NCBI GenBank assembly: GCA_002633005.1
Contig: NMRA01000437.1
Span: forward strand, 154,330-218,329
DNA length: 64,000 nucleotides
Reading direction: 5' to 3'
Origin: Phoronis australis
Taxonomy: Eukaryota > Animalia > Phoronida
Every line of letters begins with the position of its first letter. Within the stretch, counting starts at the first letter, position 1. Shown piece after piece: positions 60,950 to 64,000 of this stretch. The position numbers were made by a program, and so were the translations under genes. The notes under the pieces were generated by a model. It did no database searches and had not been told where the DNA came from. It worked only from the letters and a program-made list of their open reading frames with translations.

Positions 60950-62120
60950 TAAAATGGAATCCTGAATATAAGATTGTGATTGCGAACTGTAACAGTAAAG
61001 TCTTCTAAGAGATCGAGTAAACGAGAATTTATACTTCATCTATTGTTTCGGTTCGGATAGCAAATGAAATTGTTTTGAGAGCAATGTGGAAGTTGATAGT
61101 TTAAGAATGCCTCCAACCAAGTGTATTTTCAAAAATTTTCACATTGGATTTGTATGGGCAAAGTATTTTGAATTAATGATTATTATTGAAATACGTTTCT
61201 AAAGAAATTGTAATCTGTTGACGTTTTATAATCTCAATATTGCGATACCAAAAATTACTGAATATAGATAAAGGAGTAGTTGCTCGTAGTCATTGCGAGT
61301 AAAGACAGATATTTCTTGAGTTTATTGGGTACGATAGAGGTTTGTTTCCACCAGAATAAAGAGTCATCAAACGCTCTTCCCAAAAATTTAAATGTTTAGC
61401 GAAAGTTAGGTTTTGATTGTTTATAGTTAGGTTAGGTGTTCATTGTTGAGTTATGAGGGAAATGGAATACCGTGTACTTAATTTTGGTAACATTTAGCGA
61501 AAGTAAGTTGATTGATAACCATGCGAAAATATCCGATAGTTTATTATTGATTTCAGTTTCGTTGTTTGTTGGTTTTGTAGACTTAGGTGTGTGCACAGGG
61601 CGGGTGTCAGCAGCATGTATAAAGATCTCAAGAAACGAAGATTTGTGGAGGTCGTTTACGTAAATAAGAAAAAGGAGGGGACCAAAATAGATCCTTGGAG
61701 ATATGTTTGAGATGATAGTTGGTTTTTGGGAGCGGGGATTGTCAAAGAAAACATATTGTTGTCGATTGGTTAAATAAACGTTATGCAGAATAAATGCTCG
61801 ACTCTAGTTTTGCCGTTAAATGCAAGTTTGTCAAAGGCATTTGAAAGATCTAAAGGGATTCTTGTTGGGTTTATCACCTTGTCCTGATATTTTTTTTTAA
61901 ATCTGTCGGTTAGTTCAGATGTTGCTAATTCTGTTGATTGTAATTTTTGAAAACCAAAGTGATTTTTATAGATAGACGTAGTCATACATTTGGTCAAAGG
62001 CATTTTTTTCAAAATAATTTTTGTGATATCAGGAAATAGAGAGATAGGTGTGTTCATGTTAATATTGTGTTTACTTAAGCTGTTGGTCTTTGTGTATAGG
62101 CTAGAGCAAAATAGATTCGT
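60950..62120 (-). mobile_element. Decayed LINE (CR1/L2-group) reverse transcriptase fragment
   Basis: Minus strand: PISL.P.I.KI; HFGFQKLQSTELA; LDLSNAFD; NRQQYV; QGSIL/GPLLFLIYVNDL (frameshifted); HAADT (degenerate YADDT). Confidence 0.85.
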
Positions 62121-64000
62121 GACGATATCAGTTAACATGGAGGAATATCATTCATTCGGCAGACGCAAATATTCAGTGCAACAATTACGAAGAGTTTCAT
62201 CACAAGCGTGTGCGTGCAAACAAATACCTCGACCCCAATTCCTGCTACAGCTGACATTTTGTTGTTTAAGTCCTCCAATCTCTTAGACTTGCCGTTTGTC
62301 TATATTCTGCATCTCACCTTGGGTGAGACAAATGCTATTTTGAAGAGGTGAATCGAACATCCTGTTACTACTTACAACGAGCAAACATGAGGTCATCACT
62401 TTCAGTTTCACCAAAGAATTTAAAATGGCATTTTTTACAAGTTAGCCGCCACTGATGTCATCCTATGTCAAATCTTCAAAGACAGCAGTATTGTTGCCAT
62501 TGACTACCGCTCTTCCAAAATAGGCTATAGACTTCCCTGAGCTATTTTTCATTTTCGTGACGTAAAAATATACAAGCCTTTCATATTTCATACAGCCTAT
62601 GTTATTTTCGTTCAAAACATTGCTGAGCACAAGAGTTCTTGTTTGCAATGAACCTAGGTTCTTTGCTATGATCAGTTGTTGAAACGATCTTGCCTCAATT
62701 TCTTCAATTTGTCAGGAACCTGTCTAATAAGTGTATTTTCTCGAAAAACAAAATGAAACGAAGAAAATATATAAGTAGTCTAGTAATTAACGCATGCCAG
62801 GACTTATTACGTTTCAAGAGATCAGGAGAGTTCGTTCTACGAACATCGTTGTAATTAACGGTAGCTATCACGACTCAGCGCTTTCTGATATAATACCTGA
62901 ACTCATTAAATACATTTGTGCCGGGCAACGTTTCCTTGCTGGTCAGAAGGTCACGTGGTTCAACAGAGTGGTGGATGGACATGGCCTTGGAGATTTTTGA
63001 AAAAAATAGAGGCGATATAAAACATATTAAATTAATGAAATCGAAGTGTTTTTGATGAAATAGTTCCTAGAAATTGTTGGAGTTTCATCTGAGATAACAA
63101 TTCGAGCAATTCTCTTTATTATGAGCATTTTATTAACATTGTGTTGTCACATTTAAGAGATTAGCATTCCTAAAAGTTGCGAGAGTTCACGAGAGCATGA
63201 AAATCACAAAATTTTCCCACCATTCTACACTGAAGCTATATTACGTAGGTTTGTTCGAAATTTAAAAGTTACAAACTCGTAATAAGAAACGGATTAATTA
63301 AACGAAGAACCTTGCACACAGTCATCATAAAAGCAAAACTCAAAATTGCTTTTATGCTTTACAAAGCAATTAAAGTTCTGAAGTGGATTACCTTAATTAG
63401 CTGATCTAATTGTCTAATCAATCTTAATAGAGCTTGCCTAATTGTTGTTTACTGCATTCATAAGATCCGCTCATTAAAATTTAATTCTATTCACTGCGTA
63501 GTTCATATTACACCATACGTGTTAATATTAATGACATATCCCTGCCGGGTAAGGTGTCGATTACGCTAATTGGTGTTTTAATTCTTCGCCCTTAATTATG
63601 TAATAGGTCCATGTAATTAACATGATACGTTTGCTTAAAAGATTACCCCTGTCGAGTATTACTACGCATCCTGCCTATAATTGTCCGAGCGAACAAAACA
63701 TCAATATCCGCAATATCATGTCGTGTCAACGCTCGTATTCACGAGTTAATCAAATGATTTAATTTTAATGCTTTTAATAGAAGTTAGTGAGTGAGGGGAT
63801 TATAAATGAAAACCATGTGGCGTTGATGGGGGGGGGGGGGGNGGGACATACCAAGCTACTTTTCTCATTTAACTTTTGAAAAATCGCTCAATGATAACGC
63901 TATCGCGTTTCAAACTTCTCCGCAGTCTAGAGACAAAACTCACCATCGAAAATAAAACGAAAACCACAAAGTGAAATGTCGGTAAAATATTGCGTTCAAA

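Overview
AT-rich, intron- and repeat-rich animal genomic DNA, not prokaryotic. The neuropeptide type suggests a lophotrochozoan invertebrate (inference). Most ORFs in the supplied track are spurious, and I reconstructed three spliced genes by hand from GT/AG sites and frame. (1) 923-32087 (+) is a 5'-incomplete receptor gene. Seventeen exons join in one open frame of 1005 aa: SRCR, SRCR, CUB, Ser/Thr mucin stalk, TM helix, cytoplasmic YxN motifs, SAM domain, a tandem array of paired YxxL/I motifs, and a C-terminal U-box E3 ligase domain. This pattern-recognition-like receptor with its own ubiquitin ligase is the main candidate for an undescribed system. (2) 48359-51475 (+) is a two-exon secreted coiled-coil/C-type lectin of 260 aa. 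(3) 52724-53264 (-) is a buccalin/allatostatin-A-like neuropeptide precursor releasing seven amidated decapeptides ending in Phe-amide. The remainder is decayed LINE and Penelope fragments, MITEs, Helentron-like non-autonomous elements and microsatellites. Single Ns at about 3088, 35559, 39570 and 63842 probably mark assembly joins.
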